This document shows, one piece after another, positions 37,278-46,285 of a stretch of DNA of 64,000 bases. The position numbers and the translations under genes are program-made. The notes under the pieces are model-generated. The model saw only the letters and a list, made by a program, of their open reading frames with translations, was not told where the DNA came from and did no database searches. The stretch's first letter is position 1. Each line of letters starts with the position of its first letter. The stretch lies in the sequence record OQ703618.1, one strand, 5' to 3'. The stretch is from Escherichia phage GADS24.

Positions 37278-37694
37278 TTATGCAGCAACCATCTGCTTTT
37301 TAATAGCTTCAGGCAGTGATTCAATATATTCTGGAATTTTAGAAGCAACAATTTCGCCAGCTGCAATTAGTTGTTCGTCGGCATCAACACAGTAGAGATC
37401 TTCCAGACGCTCAGAACCATCTTTATCAAGAACGATTTTTCCGCCGGCTTCAATAGAATCTTTATAGTGCTTACGCATCAGATGAATCCACATATCAGAT
37501 ACATCGTTATCAATAAAACCATAAATCATAAAACGAGTTTCTTGTGGCAAAGATTGGAGTTTTTTAGCACTTGCGTCATCACAATGCAGGACCCATGCTT
37601 TACGAACACGATTATGGTTATGTGGGTTAGCGTCAGTACGGATAGAAGTAACTTTCAGATCAGCAGCAGTGAAACCTTTAGCAGTAGTAAACAT
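37278..37694 (-). CDS. hypothetical protein at rpbA position
   Basis: 138 aa; synteny with T4 rpbA. Confidence 0.45.
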   Translation of the reverse strand: MFTTAKGFTAADLKVTSIRTDANPHNHNRVRKAWVLHCDDASAKKLQSLPQETRFMIYGFIDNDVSDMWIHLMRKHYKDSIEAGGKIVLDKDGSERLEDLYCVDADEQLIAAGEIVASKIPEYIESLPEAIKKQMVAA

Positions 37695-37706
37695 ATTATT
37701 TCTCTC

Positions 37707-37907
37707 TTATTCGTAGAAGTCGGTAACTGTCCATGCGGAATTGCGATTAGACATTATTTTATTATACTCATCTTTAAAAGCAGATTTGAGCATTTGTTCA
37801 GTAACAATATGTTCTTCACCTGAAAACGTATTGGTCAAAACATATTTTTTAATTTCAGGGACAACGAGAAGATGTTGACCGGTTGAATACTCCATGTTGT
37901 TCTCCAT
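37707..37907 (-). CDS. hypothetical protein
   Basis: 66-aa ORF. Confidence 0.4.
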   Translation of the reverse strand: MENNMEYSTGQHLLVVPEIKKYVLTNTFSGEEHIVTEQMLKSAFKDEYNKIMSNRNSAWTVTDFYE

Positions 37908-37949
37908 TTAATTTGATGTGGTCATTATAACCACATCGTGTTAAAGCGT

Positions 37950-39638
37950 TTATGAAACAGTCATTACCGTAAATCGTCCAACTTTGCTCATCTGAAGATG
38001 TTGTCCATAACGTTGAGGGTCATGGTCTCGATGAGAGATAATGAACACGTTAGTATTTTGTAAACTTCCAAGAATGGTATCTATAGCCTTAACAGCCTCA
38101 GAATCAACAGCACCATCAAAAACCTCATCAAGAATCAGAGTGTTGATTTTAACACCAGAGACCTTTTCAGCAATATCTCGCCATGTAAACAACAACGCGA
38201 TATCGATACGTGCTTTTTCACCTTGACTAAATGAAGCATAACTAAAATCTTCACGACCACGTGATTTTATAGATTCATTGAATTCTTCGTCAATAGAAAA
38301 CACGTAATCAGCTTCCATAATTTTAAGATAATGATTAATCTGTTTGTTGAACAGAGGCACATATTTTTTAATGATAGCACCTTTAATACCAGAATCTTTT
38401 AACATATCTGTGATAATACCACGATGGTATTTTTCAAGAACGATATCTGATTTTGTTTTAATGATTTTATCAAGTTCTTTTTGAAGCAAAGCTATCTCAT
38501 CGGCATGGTCGATAAATTCAGCCGAGGCTTGTTCTATTGCAGCTTTAACTTTCTTAGCTTTATCAATAGTGGCAATCATTGCTTGTTTCTTGGTACGAAT
38601 ATCAGATGCAAGGTCCTGTTTAGTCTTAACATTAGCTCTATATTCGTCCACTAGGACACTCAGATTATCTCTGTGACATGTAAGTTGCTCGAATGAGTGA
38701 TTACATTCGTGAAGCTTATCGGTAATCTTAGAGACAATAGGATCACCCTGGTGCAACTGTGATGCACAAGTAGGACATGTGCCACCATCATGATACATCT
38801 TAATAACTTTGTTATATGAGTCGATTTTAGATTTAATCAAGAATGCTTCTTGTCCGATCTTGTTGAATGCCTCAGTAGGGTCTTCGTCAAGAACGATATT
38901 AAGTAGACGCTCGTTAGCTTCTTCAATTTCTGCTTTTAATGAACGAGCTTCTTTGGCTAGGTCGTCATACATATTCTGTAGACGCGCTACATTATCACCA
39001 GATAATTTCTTTTGACGTTCGATATTCTCGTTATAAATCTTAATTTGTTGGATAACACCATCTTTCTTGGCATCGAGAACTTGTCCCTGGGAATTAAGTT
39101 CTCGAACTTGAGACTTATTGATTTTATCCATTTCAGCGAGTGTGCCGACTTCTAAAAGGTCTTCGACAAGTTTTCTACGAGCAGGGGTGCTAAGAGCCAT
39201 GAAAGGGGTATACCCTGCCGTCCCAAGCACAACGATTTGTTTAAAAGACGCGTATGACATTCCGATGCTACGTTCAAATTCTTCTTGGAAGTCACGACTG
39301 CTGGCAGATTCATCAAGACGAACACCGTCAACGGAGATTTCGAAAATATTGGGTTTTTGGCCGCGTTTAATGAAGTATTTTTTATCATCGAATTCCATCC
39401 AAAGCTCAACTAAGAGCTCTTTCTTGTTCGTGCTATTAATGATTTGCCCTTTCTTAACATCACGAAATGGTTTACCGAAAAGTCCGAAAGTAATGGCTTC
39501 TAACATCGTAGATTTACCACCGCCATTTTTACCAGTGATTAATGTCTTTTGGACTTTATCTAATTGGATATCAATAGGATTCCCGCCTACCGACATGATA
39601 TTTTGATAACGAACACGATTTAATTTAAATGATTTCAT
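37950..39638 (-). CDS. 46: recombination endonuclease subunit gp46 (Rad50/SbcC-like ATPase)
   Basis: 562 aa; Walker A GKNGGGKST; coiled coil with CxxC hook. Confidence 0.85.
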   Translation of the reverse strand: MKSFKLNRVRYQNIMSVGGNPIDIQLDKVQKTLITGKNGGGKSTMLEAITFGLFGKPFRDVKKGQIINSTNKKELLVELWMEFDDKKYFIKRGQKPNIFEISVDGVRLDESASSRDFQEEFERSIGMSYASFKQIVVLGTAGYTPFMALSTPARRKLVEDLLEVGTLAEMDKINKSQVRELNSQGQVLDAKKDGVIQQIKIYNENIERQKKLSGDNVARLQNMYDDLAKEARSLKAEIEEANERLLNIVLDEDPTEAFNKIGQEAFLIKSKIDSYNKVIKMYHDGGTCPTCASQLHQGDPIVSKITDKLHECNHSFEQLTCHRDNLSVLVDEYRANVKTKQDLASDIRTKKQAMIATIDKAKKVKAAIEQASAEFIDHADEIALLQKELDKIIKTKSDIVLEKYHRGIITDMLKDSGIKGAIIKKYVPLFNKQINHYLKIMEADYVFSIDEEFNESIKSRGREDFSYASFSQGEKARIDIALLFTWRDIAEKVSGVKINTLILDEVFDGAVDSEAVKAIDTILGSLQNTNVFIISHRDHDPQRYGQHLQMSKVGRFTVMTVS

Positions 39639-39889
39639 ATGTATTCTCTTCGAATGAAGTCCTCTACATATTTTAACATGTCATCTCTATCAGCAAAATA
39701 TTCATCTAGTTCTGCGTACATAACAACACCCGGTGCGTACTCACAGGTAACATACATTGTTCCAAAGAAACGAGGAGTTGATTCCTCGTAATTCTCAGTC
39801 CATTCAACAATACCAATATAACCGTCGCCAATACTAAATTCATGGCGATGGATTTCATAGTTAGTCTTCGTCATTATACGCATCCTCAA
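39635..39889 (-). CDS. hypothetical protein
   Basis: 84-aa ORF. Confidence 0.45.
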   Translation of the reverse strand: MRMRIMTKTNYEIHRHEFSIGDGYIGIVEWTENYEESTPRFFGTMYVTCEYAPGVVMYAELDEYFADRDDMLKYVEDFIRREYI

Positions 39890-40118
39890 TACACGCTTCA
39901 GCCATTTTAAGAATAGAGCCAGGAGTATCGTTGTCCATTATATTAAAGCTAAATTCAATAGCCCAGTCAGTGCAGACATGAACTGCTTTAACTTCATTGC
40001 CTTCAACGCGTAATGGCTCAATCCAATACTTGATAGTGTTCTCGAATCCATCATCATCTTTAACGTCCATTTCAACTTCAAGCCTGAGTCCAGCATTGTT
40101 AAATTCATCTAAAGTCAT
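39861..40118 (-). CDS. hypothetical protein
   Basis: 85-aa ORF. Confidence 0.45.
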   Translation of the reverse strand: MTLDEFNNAGLRLEVEMDVKDDDGFENTIKYWIEPLRVEGNEVKAVHVCTDWAIEFSFNIMDNDTPGSILKMAEACIEDAYNDED

Positions 40119-41134
40119 TGTGTTGCCTCAACATAAAGTTCGTTGGAATATTTGACCAGCGCTTCTCTGTCTTCATCTGAGATATCTGGAATCGCGTCAA
40201 TATATTCTTTAATGATATCTTGAAGTGATTTAATCTCGATTTCCTGGTCGTCATCAGATTCAACACTGTTATCAACTTTAGAAACCATACGAAGAGAGTG
40301 AACTACTTTTTCAAGTTCAGATTCAAACTTAGTCAACTCTGAATCAATTTCTGATACTATAACACGTACGGCTAGATTAGTATAATCAGAATAATTGATT
40401 TTGCCTTTAAACGGATAAGTGATTCGTCGGTGCCATGTTGTTTCATTAGGAATAAATTCCATACGTTCAACATCAGTGTCAAATACCCAGAATCCTCGAG
40501 GGTCGTTCTCATCACCTGCAGTAAGGGTCCATGGTGTCCCAATATATTTGACGTTAGCAGCTTCAGAGATTGTGTGGAAGTGGCCAGAACAGACTTGTTT
40601 ATAGGTCTTTAAGAAATCAGGTTCAAGCCCATGAGACTTCATTCCTTTATAGAAATAAAAGCCATTCAGTTCCCAGTGCCCAACACAATACTCTGCGGAA
40701 GAAGTCTTGATGTGCTCTAAGATTTCACCTGTATTTTCTTCACACATCCATGGAACGATATCAATCAGACATCCATCAAAATCTACAGTAGTTGGATGCT
40801 CATAAATAGTAAAGTTTTCAAATTGAGTTAACAATTCAGAAACAGTGTTAGGTGTTATTGTATTCTTAAACGCCATGTCATGGTTTCCTACCGTGACATG
40901 AACGTGAATGCCTGCTTTAGAAATCATATCAACGATTTCACGATTGAATTCCATCGTACGATGTGTTATTGCTTTACGGACGTCAAACCAATCACCGCAC
41001 TGAATCCAAGTTTTAATCCCATGTTTCTTAGAGTATTCAATTGCTTGACGAATACCATCACGTTGAATGTCTTGAACCCATGGGTCGTCTTGTTTGACTC
41101 CGATATGGAAGTCGCCTAAGTACAAAATTTTCAT
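40115..41134 (-). CDS. 47: recombination endonuclease subunit gp47 (Mre11/SbcD-like)
   Basis: 339 aa; phosphoesterase motifs GDFH, GNHD. Confidence 0.85.
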   Translation of the reverse strand: MKILYLGDFHIGVKQDDPWVQDIQRDGIRQAIEYSKKHGIKTWIQCGDWFDVRKAITHRTMEFNREIVDMISKAGIHVHVTVGNHDMAFKNTITPNTVSELLTQFENFTIYEHPTTVDFDGCLIDIVPWMCEENTGEILEHIKTSSAEYCVGHWELNGFYFYKGMKSHGLEPDFLKTYKQVCSGHFHTISEAANVKYIGTPWTLTAGDENDPRGFWVFDTDVERMEFIPNETTWHRRITYPFKGKINYSDYTNLAVRVIVSEIDSELTKFESELEKVVHSLRMVSKVDNSVESDDDQEIEIKSLQDIIKEYIDAIPDISDEDREALVKYSNELYVEATQ

Positions 41135-41157
41135 ATTATTTCCTCATTAGTTAATTC

Positions 41158-41181
41158 ATTCTATCATCCGTTTATAAAGCA
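41158..41181 (-). promoter_or_regulatory. T4-type middle promoter (MotA box TTTGCTTTA, 11-bp spacer, -10 TAGAAT)
   Basis: Same GATGATAGAAT-containing architecture as 6790..6814; 24 nt upstream of gp47 ATG. Confidence 0.5.
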
Positions 41182-41206
41182 AAAAAGGAACTCCGAAGAG
41201 TTCCTA
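41175..41206 (-). terminator. intrinsic terminator
   Basis: Stem aggaactc/gagttcct, cgaa loop, T-run on minus. Confidence 0.55.
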
Positions 41207-41377
41207 TCCACATAGTACACCGTACAGAGGCTCATTTGAACTTTTAAATCGAATGGGCTTGTATGTAATAGTTCCTTCGGCTTTAGCTTTATCATAAGAC
41301 TCTTTAAAACGTCTCATTCTTTCTGCTTTGCCTTTACGGATTTTATCGAAATTTTCAGAAGTCGGGATGTTCGTCAT
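41204..41377 (-). CDS. small hypothetical protein (57 aa)
   Basis: Hand-translated; occupies T4 alpha-gt slot between 47 and 55. Confidence 0.3.
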   Translation of the reverse strand: MTNIPTSENFDKIRKGKAERMRRFKESYDKAKAEGTITYKPIRFKSSNEPLYGVLCG

Positions 41378-41416
41378 GCATAAGCACCTCTCAGAAAATA
41401 CCTAAATCGATTTCTC

Positions 41417-41638
41417 TCATCGTTTCCACCATTTCTTAACTTGAAATGAATCAACCCACACGAGTTGTTTTGGGTCTGCCTTTACAATAGGCGGACAAAT
41501 TTCTGTAATAGAACCGTCGTGATATTCCTTTTCAGAGATTTTAACACAAAGAGGACCTCCCAATTTAAGGGTGAACCCTGCATTCAGCTTCAGACGTTTA
41601 AACTTTGTTTGAACTAGCGCCATTAATGATGTCCTCAA
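41417..41638 (-). CDS. hypothetical protein
   Basis: 73-aa ORF. Confidence 0.4.
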   Translation of the reverse strand: MRTSLMALVQTKFKRLKLNAGFTLKLGGPLCVKISEKEYHDGSITEICPPIVKADPKQLVWVDSFQVKKWWKR

Positions 41639-41921
41639 TAGCCTGACGAGTAGTAATCCACTGGATTTTAATTAACTTGTCATTGTATGGTTGTCGTAGA
41701 ATATCCCGAGATTTCTTAATAGCATATTCGTAAGCTTCGAAGTTATTTTGAATTGCTGCTTCTTGAGCATGAGCATAAAGACGGTTTAGTTCAAAACGAT
41801 TCTTTTTAAGAATCTTTTCGGATTTTTTACGTGCTTCAGCTTCATTTTTCTTTTGGATTTCTTGTAGCATTTTAGCTACTGCATCTTCTGCTTCTTTATT
41901 TTCAATAATCTCGGTAGTCAT
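41598..41921 (-). CDS. hypothetical protein
   Basis: 107-aa ORF. Confidence 0.45.
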   Translation of the reverse strand: MTTEIIENKEAEDAVAKMLQEIQKKNEAEARKKSEKILKKNRFELNRLYAHAQEAAIQNNFEAYEYAIKKSRDILRQPYNDKLIKIQWITTRQAIEDIINGASSNKV

Positions 41922-41922
41922 A

Positions 41923-42132
41923 TTATCTCATTAAATTAAAATAAAAACGTCCATCCTCTTCAATACAGAACTCGTACTCAACCGGAGTCCCATTTATTGA
42001 AAATGACACGTCATGTGGGTTCAAAGGGTCGATGTCAAAATTAATTTTAAATTCACGACCCAACAGTTTTACCAAATAAGGGATTGCTTCGTCAAAAGGT
42101 TCTTCTAAGTAGTTAGAGATGTCAATTGTCAT
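41923..42132 (-). CDS. hypothetical protein
   Basis: Internal start chosen; 5' extension overlaps gp55. Confidence 0.35.
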   Translation of the reverse strand: MTIDISNYLEEPFDEAIPYLVKLLGREFKINFDIDPLNPHDVSFSINGTPVEYEFCIEEDGRFYFNLMR

Positions 42133-42679
42133 CCTCATATAAAAAATCCAAACTAGGCGAATCGCTAACAACTTCCTTCTTTTCAGCCCCAGGAGCTTTA
42201 TAAGCGGATTCTTCATAATGCGTCATTTTATCGTAGATGTCTTGAATAAACGTTTCATCTACCAACGCTACCATATCATCGTCATGACTGTCGTAGACAT
42301 TATGAACGAAGTAACTATATTTCTTTGCAACTTCCTTACGTTCTTTTTTGATACGTTGGACAAAAGCATTAAAACAAGCTCGAGTTATGTATGCATGTGG
42401 GTTATTGTACTTAGTTTCGTCGAAATTATGAAGTCCCTTAATAGAGGCTTCAATCCCATCTGCAATCATCTCTTGCTTCCAAGACTGGGTATATCCTGAA
42501 AAGTTGAAACGTTTGGACAGGCCTTCGGCGATAAGCATAATTGCTAAACCGATGGTATCATTCTGACGAATAATTTTGTTTGGGTCTTTATTATTTAAGA
42601 GCTCCTTTTTCCACTCGATTATAGCGGCGAGAAGCTCTTTATTATTCACATAGTTATTTTTAGGTTTTTGTTCAGTCAT
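42122..42679 (-). CDS. 55: late sigma factor gp55
   Basis: 185 aa; T4 gp55-like. Confidence 0.85.
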   Translation of the reverse strand: MTEQKPKNNYVNNKELLAAIIEWKKELLNNKDPNKIIRQNDTIGLAIMLIAEGLSKRFNFSGYTQSWKQEMIADGIEASIKGLHNFDETKYNNPHAYITRACFNAFVQRIKKERKEVAKKYSYFVHNVYDSHDDDMVALVDETFIQDIYDKMTHYEESAYKAPGAEKKEVVSDSPSLDFLYEDDN

Positions 42680-42751
42680 AAGTACCTCTTAGCTCAATTC
42701 ATAGGTCTATTATATCATAATATTTAGAGACCTATCTTAAAGCACGAGATA

Positions 42752-43021
42752 TTATCGGAGCAAACAATAAGCCTGAAATACTTTTTCCATTAAACGTTTG
42801 AACTCATGGATATCGATATAAAGCTCAGTAAGTCCGGCATTATAAAGAAAATCTAAAAAGTTCTCATGTGTTTCGTTATAGTCGCCTTCGTTTAATTTAG
42901 ATACATGAGTTTCCCAAAAACCAACACCTTTAACGAATGGAAAATACGTGACTTTCATGTATTCGTCAACATAAAATTCGCCCAGCTTTTCTTCAGTTAT
43001 ACTGATTCGAGTTAATTTCAT
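42752..43021 (-). CDS. hypothetical protein
   Basis: 89-aa ORF. Confidence 0.45.
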   Translation of the reverse strand: MKLTRISITEEKLGEFYVDEYMKVTYFPFVKGVGFWETHVSKLNEGDYNETHENFLDFLYNAGLTELYIDIHEFKRLMEKVFQAYCLLR

Positions 43022-43245
43022 TCTAGTTCCTTTGCTGCTTCAAGAGCAGCATCCAGCGAATCAAATTGGTCAACGAAATCAATATTCAATGCATCGTCAA
43101 CCGTAGCATATAACCACCATTGTTTGAATTCATATTCTAGGATAAATCCAGGCCCTTCAATCTGAGGAAGACCTAGACTATTTGTACCAACTTCGTAACC
43201 AGCTAGACGCAAGTCATTAATCAAAGTTTCTGTTAATACGCTCAT
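43018..43245 (-). CDS. hypothetical acidic protein
   Basis: 75-aa ORF. Confidence 0.45.
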   Translation of the reverse strand: MSVLTETLINDLRLAGYEVGTNSLGLPQIEGPGFILEYEFKQWWLYATVDDALNIDFVDQFDSLDAALEAAKELE

Positions 43246-43574
43246 TTTACCGCCTTAACAATTTTCAGATCAACGAATTTTTTCTTACGTTGATTTTTCA
43301 TACGACGGATAGTCTTTTCAGAGATTTCATGTTTCTGATAAGCTTTAGATTCAACACCAAATGCAGCAACGTCAAATTCAGAAAGAATATATTGTACTAG
43401 AATTTCACGAATAGAATTACGTCCAATTTTCTGGTCGTGTTTTTGCATGATTTCATAAAGACGGAATTCCCACGCATCAAGAACTTGAGGAGTAACAATA
43501 TTGCCGGATTCCAGAAGAGCAACAACTTTATCGAAAGCGAAAGAATTAACTACGTTTTTGATTTTAGTAGACAT
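43242..43574 (-). CDS. hypothetical protein
   Basis: Start at MSTKIKN with SD. Confidence 0.45.
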   Translation of the reverse strand: MSTKIKNVVNSFAFDKVVALLESGNIVTPQVLDAWEFRLYEIMQKHDQKIGRNSIREILVQYILSEFDVAAFGVESKAYQKHEISEKTIRRMKNQRKKKFVDLKIVKAVK

Positions 43575-43611
43575 ATTATTTTCCTCGGTTATTTTATTAT
43601 CCAATGAGAGC

Positions 43612-43640
43612 ATTATACTCCGCTCTCAAGAGTTTGTACA
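43612..43640 (-). promoter_or_regulatory. T4-type early promoter (-35 TGTACA, -10 TATAAT) with stem gagagc/gctctc around -10
   Basis: Hexamers 17 bp apart. Confidence 0.55.
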
Positions 43641-43880
43641 CTATTTTTTAAGCATGAAAAGTAAGTAATTTGTATCACGTGGAGTAATATCAACACCCAT
43701 ATCAAAGATGCCTTTATAGATTGGGTATTTGTTTTCGGTTGTATCGAAGCTGAAACTATTTCCATCACAACTAACAGTAATAGCATCTGTTAAAATGTCA
43801 TACTCAATCCTAACAATTGAATCCCCAATTTTAACGTCGAGGTGTTTTTTGAATTTGATAAAATCTAACTCTTGGGCCAT
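43641..43880 (-). CDS. hypothetical protein
   Basis: 79-aa ORF. Confidence 0.45.
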   Translation of the reverse strand: MAQELDFIKFKKHLDVKIGDSIVRIEYDILTDAITVSCDGNSFSFDTTENKYPIYKGIFDMGVDITPRDTNYLLFMLKK

Positions 43881-43911
43881 GATATTTTCCTCATTTTAAG
43901 ACGATAGGAAG

Positions 43912-43940
43912 ATAATAACATGTCTTCCTATCGTTGTACA
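43912..43940 (-). promoter_or_regulatory. T4-type early promoter (-35 TGTACA, -10 TATTAT) enclosed by 10-bp inverted repeat gataggaaga/tcttcctatc
   Basis: Hexamers 17 bp apart. Confidence 0.55.
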
Positions 43941-43943
43941 TTA

Positions 43944-44144
43944 TTAACCGAACTTTTTAGCGCCTTTCCAGCCTTCATACATAGCTGCACAAGTCAGTAG
44001 TACAGCGTGCTGACATTCTTTGTATTTGTAAATCCAGAACCAGCGTAAGAAGTCTTCGTCCTCAACGCCGTTGAGTTTCATATTGGCAAAGAATTCGGCA
44101 CGTTCTTCACGAAGTTGCCATGACACAATATTTTCAGGATTCAT
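43944..44144 (-). CDS. hypothetical protein
   Basis: ORF, ATGA overlap with upstream gene. Confidence 0.4.
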   Translation of the reverse strand: MNPENIVSWQLREERAEFFANMKLNGVEDEDFLRWFWIYKYKECQHAVLLTCAAMYEGWKGAKKFG

Positions 44145-44275
44145 TTTGTGTTCCACGCCCCATTTTCATCGATGAACTTAATCCAGTCATTTACAGACCA
44201 TTTAGTTGTATCACCCTTTGGATTAACATTTAAAGTATATAATCCCTGCTTAAAAAGCATTCGTTTGATATTCAT
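44141..44275 (-). CDS. small hypothetical protein
   Basis: Internal start with SD chosen. Confidence 0.3.
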   Translation of the reverse strand: MNIKRMLFKQGLYTLNVNPKGDTTKWSVNDWIKFIDENGAWNTK

Positions 44276-44282
44276 AATTTCC

Positions 44283-44576
44283 TCAACTGTAACGATAACA
44301 TTCGTTAGCTTTACGTTTGGCTTCAGTATGAGAAGTATTATAATCATAATCTTCTTTACTGTAAACATCTTTTTTCAACTTACGAACTTCTTTGCGAAGT
44401 TGTCGATTCATTTCGTTCTTAACTTCAGAGTCAACGCCTTTCATACGTTTCCATTTATCTGAGCGGAAAATGTTTTCAACCATGTCTTTGTGGCTAACAC
44501 CGTCAGGAGCTTTACGTTTACCAAAATAGTCGTAATCACGAACTTTCAAATCTTTACGACGATACGTTTTACCCAT
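44283..44576 (-). CDS. hypothetical basic protein
   Basis: Start MGKTYRRK with SD gagg. Confidence 0.4.
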   Translation of the reverse strand: MGKTYRRKDLKVRDYDYFGKRKAPDGVSHKDMVENIFRSDKWKRMKGVDSEVKNEMNRQLRKEVRKLKKDVYSKEDYDYNTSHTEAKRKANECYRYS

Positions 44577-44583
44577 AAGTACC

Positions 44584-44832
44584 TCAGAGGTTGATTGATA
44601 CAATGCGTTTGATAAAATTCACTTCACTTACTGAAAGGTCTTTAAGACCGATTGATTCTAAACGCTGAGTAAGAGTCAACATTGGGATATAGTCCCATTG
44701 TGTTTTAGACGTTTGATAAGTACGGACGCCATTAGCAATTTCAACGTTCAAATCGGAAATGGTAATGAATATCGTACGTTCGTTGTTTACATTAAGAGTT
44801 AAAACAACTTTCTTTGAATCTAAACTAATCAT
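44584..44832 (-). CDS. hypothetical protein
   Basis: 82-aa ORF. Confidence 0.4.
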   Translation of the reverse strand: MISLDSKKVVLTLNVNNERTIFITISDLNVEIANGVRTYQTSKTQWDYIPMLTLTQRLESIGLKDLSVSEVNFIKRIVSINL

Positions 44833-45011
44833 GGCTTAATTTCCTTCGCAATTGAACAGAAGATACCACGGTCACAAAGCATTTCACCAATTTCTGGATA
44901 TTTGATCGAACGGTACCAAACATCCAGGCTTGAAACTCTGGTTATCTGTACTGCATTACCGTTGACAGAATAGTACTGGTCGACCTTAATTTCTTTATCT
45001 TCAATTGTCAT
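44829..45011 (-). CDS. small hypothetical protein
   Basis: Start downstream of early promoter. Confidence 0.35.
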   Translation of the reverse strand: MTIEDKEIKVDQYYSVNGNAVQITRVSSLDVWYRSIKYPEIGEMLCDRGIFCSIAKEIKP

Positions 45012-45039
45012 TTTATTTTCCTCTATAGTAGATGGTTTA

Positions 45040-45068
45040 ATCTTAACACATCTATTGAGGATGTAAAC
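45040..45068 (-). promoter_or_regulatory. T4-type early promoter (-35 GTTTAC, -10 TAAGAT)
   Basis: Hexamers 17 bp apart. Confidence 0.45.
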
Positions 45069-45176
45069 TGTTTTATGAAAATATTTTCGATTTGAGAGGG
45101 GCACAAGGAGATAGTGAAGTGAAGATTCCAATGGATTATATTAGAAATGAGATAAAGAAGACCAGGCGGCACCTGG

Positions 45177-45485
45177 TCAATCTTCTATGATATCAGAGTC
45201 ATATCCTAATGAAATCAAGGACTTTTTAAACTCTGCAATATTCTTTTGTTTCTTATCATTTAAAAATATGACAGGATAACGAATATTAAGTGAAGTGAAT
45301 CCTGCACGTTTAGCAAGAGATACGATTAAAGGACGGTCGTATTCAATCTTACCATTATTAGTGAGGACTTTATAAAATGTATAAGGAGCATTGAGCTCCT
45401 TTAAAAGTTTTGTAACAGTATAACATCCCGGACAACGTCCTACTTCTTCAGGGATGCCATAGATTTCAATCTTGTTGTGTTCCAC
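45177..45485 (-). CDS. glutaredoxin/thioredoxin-like protein (CPGC), NrdH-like
   Basis: 102 aa with CPGC redox motif next to nrdG/nrdD. Confidence 0.5.
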   Translation of the reverse strand: MEHNKIEIYGIPEEVGRCPGCYTVTKLLKELNAPYTFYKVLTNNGKIEYDRPLIVSLAKRAGFTSLNIRYPVIFLNDKKQKNIAEFKKSLISLGYDSDIIED

Positions 45486-45487
45486 AA

Positions 45488-45700
45488 TTATTCCTTGCCA
45501 AGAACAGAATTCAGTTTATTAGTAATTTTGTCCAAACGTTCATTGAATTCGTTGGAGGATAAACCCTTTTCCGGAGAAATTAAACTAATCACGAAAAATA
45601 CAACAGTAAAAGGAATAAGAAAAATAGCTCCAACTGCCATAAACAAAAAGAACGTTACAGTTGTAAAAAAATCAGCTAAACCTTTACGAAATTTATACAT
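45488..45700 (-). CDS. small membrane protein
   Basis: Hydrophobic helix; start MYKFRKG. Confidence 0.4.
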   Translation of the reverse strand: MYKFRKGLADFFTTVTFFLFMAVGAIFLIPFTVVFFVISLISPEKGLSSNEFNERLDKITNKLNSVLGKE

Positions 45701-45814
45701 ATTTACCCTTAATTGATTAACCAAGCATTGATAAACACTAAACTATATTGTGAATAAAATTCTGGACCAAAATGAAAAATCATATCATTTATAGTATCTA
45801 TAATGTAATTCAAT

Positions 45815-46285
45815 TTAATCATGTTTCCACACCCCATCGGTATTTGACCAAAGTCGCTGATTATCTGATCCTCGCCACAGTTTTTTGGTCGGAAGATTTT
45901 TCTCATACTTCCCATCAATAATAACATCAACATATTTAAGCATTTCTAGTTGTTTAATATCTTCAAATTTATATCCTGTCCACAACCAAATGCTTTTATT
46001 GGGATAAAGATTTTTTACTGTTTGAACAATGCAATGAATAACATCTCGGTTATCAGGATAGAGAGGGTCTCCTCCAGTTATAGTCAATCCTTCTATATAA
46101 TCATTATTCAAACATTCAATTAATTGTTCCAGTGTTTCACCAGTGAATGGAACGCCATTTCTAGCGTTCCATGTTGATTTATTATAACACCCTTCGCATT
46201 TATGCAAACAACCTGTAACGAAAAGAACGACCCTGCATCCAGGGCCATTCACAAAATCGCAAGGATAAAATCTATCATAATTCAT
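45815..46285 (-). CDS. nrdG: anaerobic RNR activating protein NrdG (radical SAM)
   Basis: 156 aa; CLHKCEGC cluster. Confidence 0.85.
   Translation of the reverse strand: MNYDRFYPCDFVNGPGCRVVLFVTGCLHKCEGCYNKSTWNARNGVPFTGETLEQLIECLNNDYIEGLTITGGDPLYPDNRDVIHCIVQTVKNLYPNKSIWLWTGYKFEDIKQLEMLKYVDVIIDGKYEKNLPTKKLWRGSDNQRLWSNTDGVWKHD

Noticed and set aside
42700-42746. MotA-box middle promoter upstream of gp55 (TGCTTTA at 42738..42744)
   Set aside because: Spacing to any acceptable -10 element is about 18 bp, outside the 11-13 bp expected.
45709-45933. 74-aa minus-strand ORF overlapping the 3' end of nrdG in another frame
   Set aside because: Overlaps a conserved radical-SAM gene out of frame; no SD; likely spurious.
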